Source of the DNA: Candidatus Asgardarchaeum abyssi
GTDB lineage: Archaea > Asgardarchaeota > Asgardarchaeia > Asgardarchaeales > Asgardarchaeaceae
Assembly: GCA_040225955.1 (NCBI GenBank)
Contig: JBECUL010000028.1
Span: 3,233-28,668, forward strand
DNA: 25,436 nt
Direction: 5' to 3'
The first letter of the stretch is position 1; each line of letters starts with the position of its first letter. A program made the position numbers and the translations under genes. The notes under the pieces are model-generated. The model worked only from the letters and a program-made list of their open reading frames with translations. It was not told the origin of the DNA and ran no database searches. Positions 1 to 8,199 of this stretch are shown piece by piece.

Positions 1-237
1 GTCTAGACGCTCCTCAGTCCGCCTTTGTGCCTCGGCTAACTCGTTTAATCGTTCCTCGGTTCTTCTTTGTGCCTCGGAGAGGGCTAGTATTGAGGAATTT
101 AGCTTTAATATATTTTCTGATAATTTGTCGACGGTTAATCGCAATTTATCGAACTCCTCTCTTGTGACCTTTATTTCTTTTACTTTGTCCTCTATGATTT
201 TCACTATCACGTCGTAGAGTTCAGGCGTAAGAGTCAT
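1..237 (-). CDS. Coiled-coil repeat protein, N-terminal part (runs off the window); resembles archaeal LAEAQRRTEERL-repeat proteins
   Basis: Not in the ORF track. Hand translation from ATG at 237: MTLTPELYDVIVKIIEDKVKEIKVTREEFDKLRLTVDKLSENILKLNSSILALSEAQRRTEERLNELAEAQRRTEERLD. GGTGA RBS just upstream; frame open to the window edge. Confidence 0.85.
   Translation of the reverse strand, partial: MTLTPELYDVIVKIIEDKVKEIKVTREEFDKLRLTVDKLSENILKLNSSILALSEAQRRTEERLNELAEAQRRTEERLD
5..76 (-). repeat. Intragenic 42-bp (14-aa) tandem repeat encoding EAQRRTEERL units
   Basis: Two visible copies on the minus strand (gaggcacaaagaagaaccgaggaacgatta / gaggcacaaaggcggactgaggagcgtcta) with synonymous divergence. 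Confidence 0.7.
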
Positions 238-376
238 TAAATCACCAAGATATAATTCATACAAAAATATATAAACTATTTCCTTTTGTTTGGCTCAAAA
301 ACAGTTTTACTTGCATATACTCGGAATATTACACATCCTCTAATGCTACACTTATTAGGATCTGTGAGAATATATA

Positions 377-859
377 TCATCCTTTTTGTTTTGCTAAGGC
401 TTCATGTATCTTTTTGACACGCAAAATATCCTTTTGCCGCTTACTCTTCTCATAGGAAGAAAGTTGCTCCTCCAAAGAGGATACGGGTACTTGTATTCCC
501 AGGACGTTAACAAATACAGGAGACTCTAGCCTCTTATTAAGGGAAACCCATTTTCCTTCTATTTTCTCTTCCAGATCACCCATGACCTCAATGTTCACAT
601 CATTAATTCTAAATTTCCCATAATATGAGCGAAAATGTTCAGTTTCTCCAAATGAAACATCTTTTATCTTGTATTGCTCCCAAAGTTTGTTTAGTCTTAA
701 GGCATCGTCTTTTGTGGTTAAAATATCAATATCCTTCGGTTCAATGTCTACACCTTGGAGAGCTAGGCTGAGACTACCTACAAGCACCCAGCGGATACCT
801 TTATTTTTAAGATCCTCGACAACAAATTTCAATACGTTAAGCACTCTCTCAGGAATCAT
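377..859 (-). CDS. Nucleotidyltransferase (Pol-beta superfamily)
   Basis: VGSLSLALQG...KDIDILT fits the GS...DxD motif; a third acidic residue lies in VNIEVM; 160 aa. Confidence 0.8.
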   Translation of the reverse strand: MIPERVLNVLKFVVEDLKNKGIRWVLVGSLSLALQGVDIEPKDIDILTTKDDALRLNKLWEQYKIKDVSFGETEHFRSYYGKFRINDVNIEVMGDLEEKIEGKWVSLNKRLESPVFVNVLGIQVPVSSLEEQLSSYEKSKRQKDILRVKKIHEALAKQKG

Positions 860-1218
860 TTCATATCACTCAATTGTTTGTATGACATTTGTAGTAGAGA
901 ATACTAACATCCTTAAACTTTAATATTTATCGGGATTTTTTATGAAAAAAGAGATAATTAGCTCAACAGTTATATGAATTGCAATTTTAAACATAATTGC
1001 TTACACCCACATCTTATGGTATTTCAGTAATACATATGACAATAACTTAGAGATAGCCTCAAGACTTGTTATGAGTGTATTCAATAACCTCTTCTGGATT
1101 TACATAGTAATTAGTGCCTACTCAACCAAGTTTCTTGGCTTAAGAGAATAATCATAGCTATATATTAGTGCTCTATATTTCTTTGCGCTAATAAAAAGAG
1201 AATATTAGAATTCCTTAG

Positions 1219-3162
1219 TTACTTTAGATATTTATTAAACCATCCGACCATCTCCTCAAGTCTCTTCTTTCTATGTTTTGGCTTACCTTTCCTTGATAAG
1301 TTATGGTTCTCCTTTGGGAACAGCACAAGTCTCGTATCAATTCCTCTCATTTTTAAGGCTGTGAATATCTGAAGTGCTTGGTCAAGCCAGCATCTGTAAT
1401 CCTCTAAACTGTGAATTATGAGTAAGGGTGTTTTTACATTCTCAACGTACTTTATTGGGCTCTGGTCCCAATACTTAGCAAACCATTTCTCATCCCAGAA
1501 TGGTCGTTCGAATCCTCCAGCAATTTGATCCTCATTAAAGTAAAATCCTATATCTGTGGTTCCGTAATCACTAATCCAATTTGCAATAGACCTTTGTGTC
1601 ACTGCAGCTTTGAATTTATCAGTATGTCCTATGATCCAATTTGTCATAAACCCTCCATAACTTCCACCTGTAACTCCAAGTCTTTCTTTATCAATAAAGT
1701 CGTATTTTTCAAGTACGTAATCTAGAGCTTCCATTAAGTCTTTATAGTCCCTATCTCCGTATTTCCCACGGATATCTCTAAACTCTTCAGAATACCCTGC
1801 ACTACCTCGTGGATTTGTGTATATTACGACGTATCCCTCATTAGAAAGTACATGAAATTCATGCATGAACCCCTCTCCATATGTTGTAGCTGGACCACCA
1901 TGGATTTCGAGAATAGTGGGGTACTTTTCTCCCTCCTTAAAATTCACTGGCTTTAAAATCCATCCATCAATCTCTACACCATCGCTTGCTTTAAAAACAA
2001 AATGTTCTGGCTCTTGTAATTTGATTTGACTTAGAAAGCCATCATTGAATAAGGTCATTCGCTTTAGCTTATTAAAGTCATAGATGTATACCTCTGGTGG
2101 TTTAGTTGAAGTCATAATTACTGATGCAATTACCTTCTCGCTTACGGAGAAGCTATCCACTACAAATTCCCCTTTTATTACAGGAGATATGCTACCGTTA
2201 ATATCTACTTTGTAAACATGCACAAATCCACTATCAGCAAGTGAAAAATAAATATAATTGCCTACCCATTGAAGGTCCAAGCTTGATGAAGGGCCTCTGA
2301 TATCGCAATTCATCGGGTTTCCTGTTCCCATGTCCATGTCTGTAAGTAACTTTATAGTTTTATCTTTTAATGACAGAATCCAAACTTTTGTATGCGAAGA
2401 CAAACCTCTTGGAAAATTGTGTCCTCGGAATGCTAAAAGTTGATTATCTGGGCTAAATTCCAAGTCACGGATCAAGAAATCATCGTTTGTCAATTTTATA
2501 CTCTGGCCGGTCTCTAGATCATAAATGTAAATATTATGTATGTACGGCTTTAGCTCATATTCCTTCACTATGTACGCTATCTTTTTACCATCTCGACTCC
2601 ATCTTGCAAAGGTGACATTGAAATCTCCACTCGTTACTTGGGTATAATTTCCACTCTCTACATTGATAATGAATAAGTGTGAAGATGTGTTATATACAAA
2701 GCCCTTTTCGTTATACCATATTGGGATTTTCTCAATAACTTTAATGTCCTCATCAGGCTCACCAACGGTGGATAGAAAAAGTATCTTCTTTCCATCTGGA
2801 GACCACTGGATATTCTCAATGCCCCCTTCCATCTTTAGTATCATTCTGGGTTCATATCTTCCATCGATGCGCATAACCCATAACTCTTTACCCTTTTCTT
2901 CCTCTTTAAGGGTCCTTCTCGAGATAAAAGCAAAGTGTTTTTCATCTGGAGACCACTCTGGTGATCTGTCACTAGGTCCATTTGTTATAGACTCGTAATC
3001 TCCTGTCTCATTATTTAAAATCCAGATTTTGGATATGTATTTATCTTCTTCAAAGCTTAGCTTAGTTACCGTAAATAGTGTATACTTCCCGCTGGGTGAT
3101 ATTTTTGGGTCGGAGACCAACGTTAATTTTTCCAAGTCCTCTATTTTCAAACCCCTTTTCAT
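1219..3162 (-). CDS. S9 family serine peptidase (acylaminoacyl/dipeptidyl peptidase)
   Basis: N-terminal beta-propeller with WSPDG repeats; IHGGP; GGSYGG nucleophile motif; EDYRC Asp; ENH His. Confidence 0.95.
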   Translation of the reverse strand: MKRGLKIEDLEKLTLVSDPKISPSGKYTLFTVTKLSFEEDKYISKIWILNNETGDYESITNGPSDRSPEWSPDEKHFAFISRRTLKEEEKGKELWVMRIDGRYEPRMILKMEGGIENIQWSPDGKKILFLSTVGEPDEDIKVIEKIPIWYNEKGFVYNTSSHLFIINVESGNYTQVTSGDFNVTFARWSRDGKKIAYIVKEYELKPYIHNIYIYDLETGQSIKLTNDDFLIRDLEFSPDNQLLAFRGHNFPRGLSSHTKVWILSLKDKTIKLLTDMDMGTGNPMNCDIRGPSSSLDLQWVGNYIYFSLADSGFVHVYKVDINGSISPVIKGEFVVDSFSVSEKVIASVIMTSTKPPEVYIYDFNKLKRMTLFNDGFLSQIKLQEPEHFVFKASDGVEIDGWILKPVNFKEGEKYPTILEIHGGPATTYGEGFMHEFHVLSNEGYVVIYTNPRGSAGYSEEFRDIRGKYGDRDYKDLMEALDYVLEKYDFIDKERLGVTGGSYGGFMTNWIIGHTDKFKAAVTQRSIANWISDYGTTDIGFYFNEDQIAGGFERPFWDEKWFAKYWDQSPIKYVENVKTPLLIIHSLEDYRCWLDQALQIFTALKMRGIDTRLVLFPKENHNLSRKGKPKHRKKRLEEMVGWFNKYLK

Positions 3163-3287
3163 AGTAATTCACACCATAATAGCTTAGTTTTTCTTAGATT
3201 AGAAAAGCCCTATTAAATAATGTTTGTGTTAAGTGAAATACAAATTAATGTTTTTATATCTCCTCATTGCAGTCATGAAAGAAAAAG

Positions 3288-3332
3288 TGTTAGGGGGATA
3301 AATATTTAATTTTATAATTTTTCCCCCTAACA
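3288..3332. repeat. Inverted repeat in a divergent intergenic region
   Basis: tgttaggggga (3288-3298) and tccccctaaca (3322-3332) are perfect 11-bp arms around an all-A/T spacer. Confidence 0.6.
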
Positions 3333-3515
3333 ATATGTAGTCTCAAAACTAAGTGGCCAGCATCAATTGCAATTAAAAATGATTTAAGGTGAATCGCCAT
3401 ACATTTAAAAGGTTGTGTGCGCAATAGATATTAGAAATGACTAAATTTTAATAGTGCGTCCTTCAAAGTAGGAATCAGATAAAGATGGTAAGTTCAAAAT
3501 GTAGGTGACACGTTA

Positions 3516-4553
3516 TTGGATACTGAAATGCCAAAATTTTTAGAAGAGCTTGAAAATTGTAAGTTATGCGAATGGCAGTGTGGTGTGGATAGGCTCTCTG
3601 GAGAACTTGGAGTATGTAAAATGGGGGTTCCGCAAGTAGCAAGTTGCCAGCTTCATCCGGCACCACCGCAAAGTTATACTATATTTACAGCTGGATGCAA
3701 TTTTAAATGCTTAAATTGCCAGAACTGCTTTATTGCACACTACCCAGACATAGAAACGCCAATAAGAGGCTATGTAGACCCCAAAGAACTTGCAATAGAA
3801 TCTATTGCCGCAATAAAATCCTCTATAGGGAAACTTATAGGTGCGGATCGCATATTTTTCAGTGGCGGAGAACCAACAATACATCTGCCCTATATAGAAA
3901 AAATAGTGGAAGAGGCTAGAAAAATAGATCCCGAAACAAAAGTGAATTTTGATACTAATGGTTTCCTAACAATGGATTCTCTGAGGCGAGTGCTAAGATT
4001 CACAACATCTATAACTTTCGATATTAAAGCCTACAATGATGATGTTCATAGAGCATTAACTGGAGCTCCGTCCGAGCCTGTTTTAAGTAATGCCGAATAT
4101 ATTGCCAGATATGCTAGAGACAAGTTATGGGAATATAGAATTTTAGTAATACCTGGAATTATTGATGTGGACGAAATAAAAGCGATATGTGAATTTATAG
4201 CATCTATTGATCCATCGCTGCCGATATGTTTTCTTGCCTTTAGACCAAATTTTGTATTGGACCAGCATATGGGTGCGACATGGAAACTGATGAATAAAGC
4301 TGTTGAAATAGCACGTAAAGTTGGATTGACAAATGTAAATTGGGCGGGAGGAACGAATATACCGGGGTATGAACTAAAAGATTATGACAAGCTAAAAACT
4401 AAAATTTCAGGATATTATAAGCATGAATGGGCTCTAAAGGCTGCAGTATACGCTTTCAAAGTTGGTTGTAGAACCCATCCGAGAAATTGTGGGAGTTGCA
4501 ATATTAAACTCAGTTGCCCAGTTAAAAAATATGTTCCTGAAAGAGTAACCTAA
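3516..4553 (+). CDS. Radical SAM protein, PFL-activase-like family
   Basis: CNFKCLNC (CxxxCxxC); FFSGGEPT; DTNG; N-terminal CKLCEWQC; AGGTGA RBS upstream. Start is TTG 3516 or ATG 3528. Confidence 0.9.
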   Translation: MDTEMPKFLEELENCKLCEWQCGVDRLSGELGVCKMGVPQVASCQLHPAPPQSYTIFTAGCNFKCLNCQNCFIAHYPDIETPIRGYVDPKELAIESIAAIKSSIGKLIGADRIFFSGGEPTIHLPYIEKIVEEARKIDPETKVNFDTNGFLTMDSLRRVLRFTTSITFDIKAYNDDVHRALTGAPSEPVLSNAEYIARYARDKLWEYRILVIPGIIDVDEIKAICEFIASIDPSLPICFLAFRPNFVLDQHMGATWKLMNKAVEIARKVGLTNVNWAGGTNIPGYELKDYDKLKTKISGYYKHEWALKAAVYAFKVGCRTHPRNCGSCNIKLSCPVKKYVPERVT

Positions 4554-4631
4554 AAACATGATTTAAGCTTAGAGAAAGTTAATATTTATAGTTAATAATT
4601 ACATGATTATCTAATTAAGGAGGATATCATC

Positions 4632-4876
4632 TTGGAGAAATATACTACGATTTCGATTTCAATAGAAACAAAGAGAATGCTTGAAAAGCGAAAAAGAACA
4701 TGGATTGGGATCGTTTTCTAAGATCACTTATTGAAAGGTTAGAAGAGTTAGAAAAGATAATGGCCGCAAAAGAGTTAGAAGGAAGATTTACTGAAGATGA
4801 CGAAAAGGCTGTTATAGAGTCCATGCTTCAGCACAGGAGGAACATAAAATTTCGAGAAGTAAATTTGCAAAGATAA
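4632..4876 (+). pseudogene. Frameshifted ribbon-helix-helix (VapB-type) antitoxin-like gene
   Basis: AAGGAGG RBS and TTG start give MEKYTTISISIETKRMLEKRK. After a frameshift in the A5 run (4691-4695) it reads KNMDWDRFLRSLIERLEELEK...NLQR*. The TTISIS...WDxFLxxL pattern is typical of archaeal RHH antitoxins. Confidence 0.65.
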
Positions 4877-4940
4877 TAGCTTTTTTATATAAAAAGTGAG
4901 GAAAAATATAACCATGATATCACAATGTATAGGTGATCAT

Positions 4941-5873
4941 ATGAAATCATCAGTACGCGTAGGTATTATTGTAGGACTCATAGCTGGTATTGTTGCAACA
5001 CTTGTTGAAGCATTTGTAGCCTATAATGAATCCCTTCACTCCCTATGGCCATGGGTTGGCTTTTTCTTATACACACCTGGCCTAGTTGTTGCATTACTGA
5101 TTTCACTGTTCATGACACAATTATATATGAAAAGAGGAGCGATCCTTGATGAGAACTATGGTATCTTTCTGGGACTAACGATTCTTATAGTGTTCTTTGT
5201 GTTTGATAACTTAATAATTTTCCCGATTTTCGTGGCACCCGTTGTTTGGCCGTGGCAGGATTTCTTCTTTAACTTCAGATTCCCCGTAGGGCTCATTGAT
5301 ACACTTGCAAATGGATTCATATTTTTCATGATAGGCTGTTGGATAGAAAAGAAATATGTTACAAAAACGGATCCTAAAATGGAAAATCTATTCTTTAAAA
5401 TCTTTAATATTGTGAAGTATGTATTTACGGGCCTAGCGGCTATTTATATACCTCTAGTTATAGTAGCCTTGATGCTTTCTGCAGATTATTTAAAAACAGA
5501 ATCATTCCTCTCACCAATGGTACTGTTCATGACTCCTATTGCAAGTGTAATTTTGGTAATTCTCTGGTTTCTGGCAGCAAAAACAATACTTAAAGTTTCT
5601 ACAATTGATTATGAATTAATCAGGAGTGCCACCTCTAGGCTTATAAAAATCGTAATTATTAACGGGATCATCAACGGGTTTGCATTCTTTTACGAAATAT
5701 TCTTCCTATATCCATTTGGTCAAGGAGTTATTACATCCGCGTTTCCAGAATTGCCAATGTTTCATAAAGCGTTGATTCAAAGCTACTTGGTGGTGATTTC
5801 ATTTCAAATGATCTTCATGTTACTTATGATATCGCTATTGCTTCCATTCTTACGATTATCAAAACGCGGTTAA
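4941..5873 (+). CDS. Multi-pass membrane protein of unknown function (about 8 TM)
   Basis: Long hydrophobic stretches; AGGTGA RBS precedes ATG 4941, while the track starts at GTG 4896. Confidence 0.75.
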   Translation: MKSSVRVGIIVGLIAGIVATLVEAFVAYNESLHSLWPWVGFFLYTPGLVVALLISLFMTQLYMKRGAILDENYGIFLGLTILIVFFVFDNLIIFPIFVAPVVWPWQDFFFNFRFPVGLIDTLANGFIFFMIGCWIEKKYVTKTDPKMENLFFKIFNIVKYVFTGLAAIYIPLVIVALMLSADYLKTESFLSPMVLFMTPIASVILVILWFLAAKTILKVSTIDYELIRSATSRLIKIVIINGIINGFAFFYEIFFLYPFGQGVITSAFPELPMFHKALIQSYLVVISFQMIFMLLMISLLLPFLRLSKRG

Positions 5874-5994
5874 CTTGTCTATCACGTTTTTCTATTTTAT
5901 GGCTTCTATTGACTTTCTAAAAATACTCATATCTCTCCTCTAAGATGCATTTTTCATATTTTTTATTATCTCTTCTAATGTTGCTTAAGAAAAA

Positions 5995-6450
5995 TCATAT
6001 TTCCCTTAAGTTAATAACATCAATTTTTAGTTTATCAGCGTTTTCTATTATGAATTTGTCGCTGGTGATTAATGGATAATCGTAATATTGACTAGTGGCA
6101 ACATGATAGCTGTCGAAATAATGAAGTTTTCTTGGATCACCAAATTTCTTATATAATCGTAATGCGGTGATAACAATAACTGGTGATAGTGGAAGTGATA
6201 TATGAGGTATTGCTGATAATCTGCTAATTGTATTAATAATCATATCGATGTCGACACCCACCGAAAGAAGACATGTAACTAAGTCATCATAGAGAATTGA
6301 TGATACATAAGCGATTATTTTATTATCAAGAATAAGATTAATAACCTTTTCAGAATGCTTAACAAGCTCATCTGCCTTAAAATAAGAAAGGAAAACATCA
6401 GAGTCGATAAGAAATTCTCCCTTAAGTTCTCTTTCTAACAAATTTTTCAC
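5995..6450 (-). CDS. vapC: PIN-domain (VapC-like) ribonuclease toxin
   Basis: FLIDSDV, SSILYDD, YFDSYHVAT and LITSD supply the PIN acidic residues; 151 aa. Confidence 0.85.
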   Translation of the reverse strand: MKNLLERELKGEFLIDSDVFLSYFKADELVKHSEKVINLILDNKIIAYVSSILYDDLVTCLLSVGVDIDMIINTISRLSAIPHISLPLSPVIVITALRLYKKFGDPRKLHYFDSYHVATSQYYDYPLITSDKFIIENADKLKIDVINLREI

Positions 6451-6483
6451 CAGCCTCCTCTAACTCTTCAATGCTCCATGGGA
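6422..6483 (-). pseudogene. 3' remnant of the probable cognate antitoxin overlapping the vapC start
   Basis: A different frame reads IPWSIEELEEAGEKFVRKRT* and overlaps the vapC 5' end, as in coupled vapBC pairs. Upstream of about 6483 the DNA is instead P1B-ATPase coding sequence on the other strand. Confidence 0.5.
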
Positions 6484-6484
6484 T

Positions 6485-7425
6485 TTTCTTGATGCTATGA
6501 GCAAAGCAACAATTGTTGCCTTTGACAAAACAGGAACATTGGCAAAAGGAGTTTTTAGAGTTACTCAAATAATTGTGAAAAACGGTTTTGGTTGAAAAAG
6601 AGATTTTAGAGTTCGCAGCATTAGCTGAAATATACTCAAATCATCCAATTGCAAGAGCAATAAGAGATGCTTATAAAGGGGAGATTGATAAGAGTTTAGC
6701 TAAGGAATATGAAGAGATAGCTGGACACGGTGTTAGAGCGAAAAATAAATGGGAGAGAAATAATAATCGGAAATGATAGACTTCTGCATAAATTTGACAT
6801 AGAGCACAATACATGTTACGTAAAAGGGACTGTAGTTCATGCCGTCGTCGATAGAAAATATGCAGGGTATATAATAATATCGGATGAGATAAAAGAAGAT
6901 GCTCTAAAGACCATAAGAGAACTCAAAAGGCTTGGTATTAAAAGAATAATGATGCTTACAGGCGATAATAAAGAAGCTGCGGAGCAAATAGCTAAGCAAG
7001 TAGACATTGATGAATTTTATGCCGAGCTTTTACCAGAAGATAAAGTTAAGATAATTGAAACTCTTGAAAAGAAAAAGTTCAAGGGAGATGATGCAATTAT
7101 TTCTGTTGGCGACGGCATAAATGATGCTCCTATTATTGCAAGGGCGGATATTGGAGTTGCAATGGGTGCTCTGGGAGGCGATGCTGCTATAGAGACAGCT
7201 GATGTGGTTATAATGGATGATGCTCTTTTAAAACTACCTTTGGGTATTAGGATTGCAAGGAAAACACGAAATATCGTATGGCAAAATATAATTCTTGCTT
7301 TGGGTGTTAAATTACTTTTCCTAAGTCTTGGAATTATAGGACAAGCAACAATGTGAGAGGCTGTGTTTGCTGATATTGGTGTGGCTCTAATAGCCGTCTT
7401 TAATGCTATGCGTATCTTAAAATAA
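6485..7425 (+). pseudogene. cadA: Heavy-metal (Cd/Zn, P1B-type) translocating ATPase, 5'-truncated and multiply disrupted
   Basis: FLDAMSKATIVAFDKTGTL begins at 6485; SNHPIA, MLTGD and VGDGINDAP follow. Frameshifts near 6590 and 6741. In-frame TGA (7354-7356) in ATM*EAVFADIGV where the family has Trp. Natural stop at 7423-7425. Confidence 0.9.
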
Positions 7426-7660
7426 GCAAACAATAATACTTAAGAACAGAATATACTAATGTCTGGATTAGAAAATAAATCAAGAACTATAAATTATAAT
7501 AGTATACCTAAATTATTATTAAATTTTAATTGATAAGTAGAAATAAAAGAAAGTTAAAATGCATCTAAAAACTAAGTTTGGCAAACTGGTATTTCTAGTC
7601 TAGTAAGATAAAACTTTAAGTAGGCAGGATTTACATAAGCGTAGGAGAGGAGATAATTTC

Positions 7661-8143
7661 ATGAGTGAAATAAAGTACAAGCCGATAGGAATTATTCATT
7701 CCCCATTCAAAGAACCCAAGGGCACGCCTATACAACCAACAAGCGCTCGAGGAGTAAAGGGAACTGTTGAAATTTTTCCTGAGTATATAGAAGGACTAAA
7801 AGATCTTGAAGGTTTTTCACATATTATCCTAATATATCATTTCCATTTAGCAAAAAGGGGAACTTTAAAGGTAATACCATATATGGATAAAGAAATTCGT
7901 GGGGTTTTCGCTACTCGAGCACCAAGTCGTCCTAACCCAATTGGCATATCAGTTGTACGCCTCATTAAAATCAAGAGAAATATTTTGCACATCCAAGATG
8001 TGGATATTATAGATGGGACACCTCTTCTCGACATTAAACCATACGTTCCAGAGTTTGATATACACAAGGTAGAAAGAATAGGATGGCTCGAAAAAAGAGT
8101 AAAAAACCTTCATAAAGCAAGAGATAATGGAAGATTTATATAA
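7661..8143 (+). CDS. tsaA: tRNA m6t6A37 methyltransferase TrmO (TsaA/YaeB family)
   Basis: PIGIIHSPFK, GLKDLEGFSH, GVFATRAPSRPNPIG and DGTPLLDIKPY signatures. Confidence 0.92.
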   Translation: MSEIKYKPIGIIHSPFKEPKGTPIQPTSARGVKGTVEIFPEYIEGLKDLEGFSHIILIYHFHLAKRGTLKVIPYMDKEIRGVFATRAPSRPNPIGISVVRLIKIKRNILHIQDVDIIDGTPLLDIKPYVPEFDIHKVERIGWLEKRVKNLHKARDNGRFI

Positions 8144-8199
8144 TATATGATTTTGTAGGAAAATCGCATAATAGATAAGGGAAATTATAATAGACTTGC

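Noticed and set aside
930-1200. Possible gene remnant between the nucleotidyltransferase and peptidase
   Set aside because: Only short stop-interrupted frames with no recognisable motif.
4685-4700. Programmed ribosomal frameshift in the antitoxin-like gene
   Set aside because: No canonical slippery heptamer or downstream structure; a simple indel explains it.
7354-7356. In-frame TGA as selenocysteine or Trp recoding
   Set aside because: The position is a conserved Trp in an already truncated, frameshifted gene, and TGA is a normal stop for several other genes here.
6588-7356. Track ORFs 6588-6776 and 6730-7356 as separate genes
   Set aside because: They are consecutive fragments of one P1B ATPase pseudogene.
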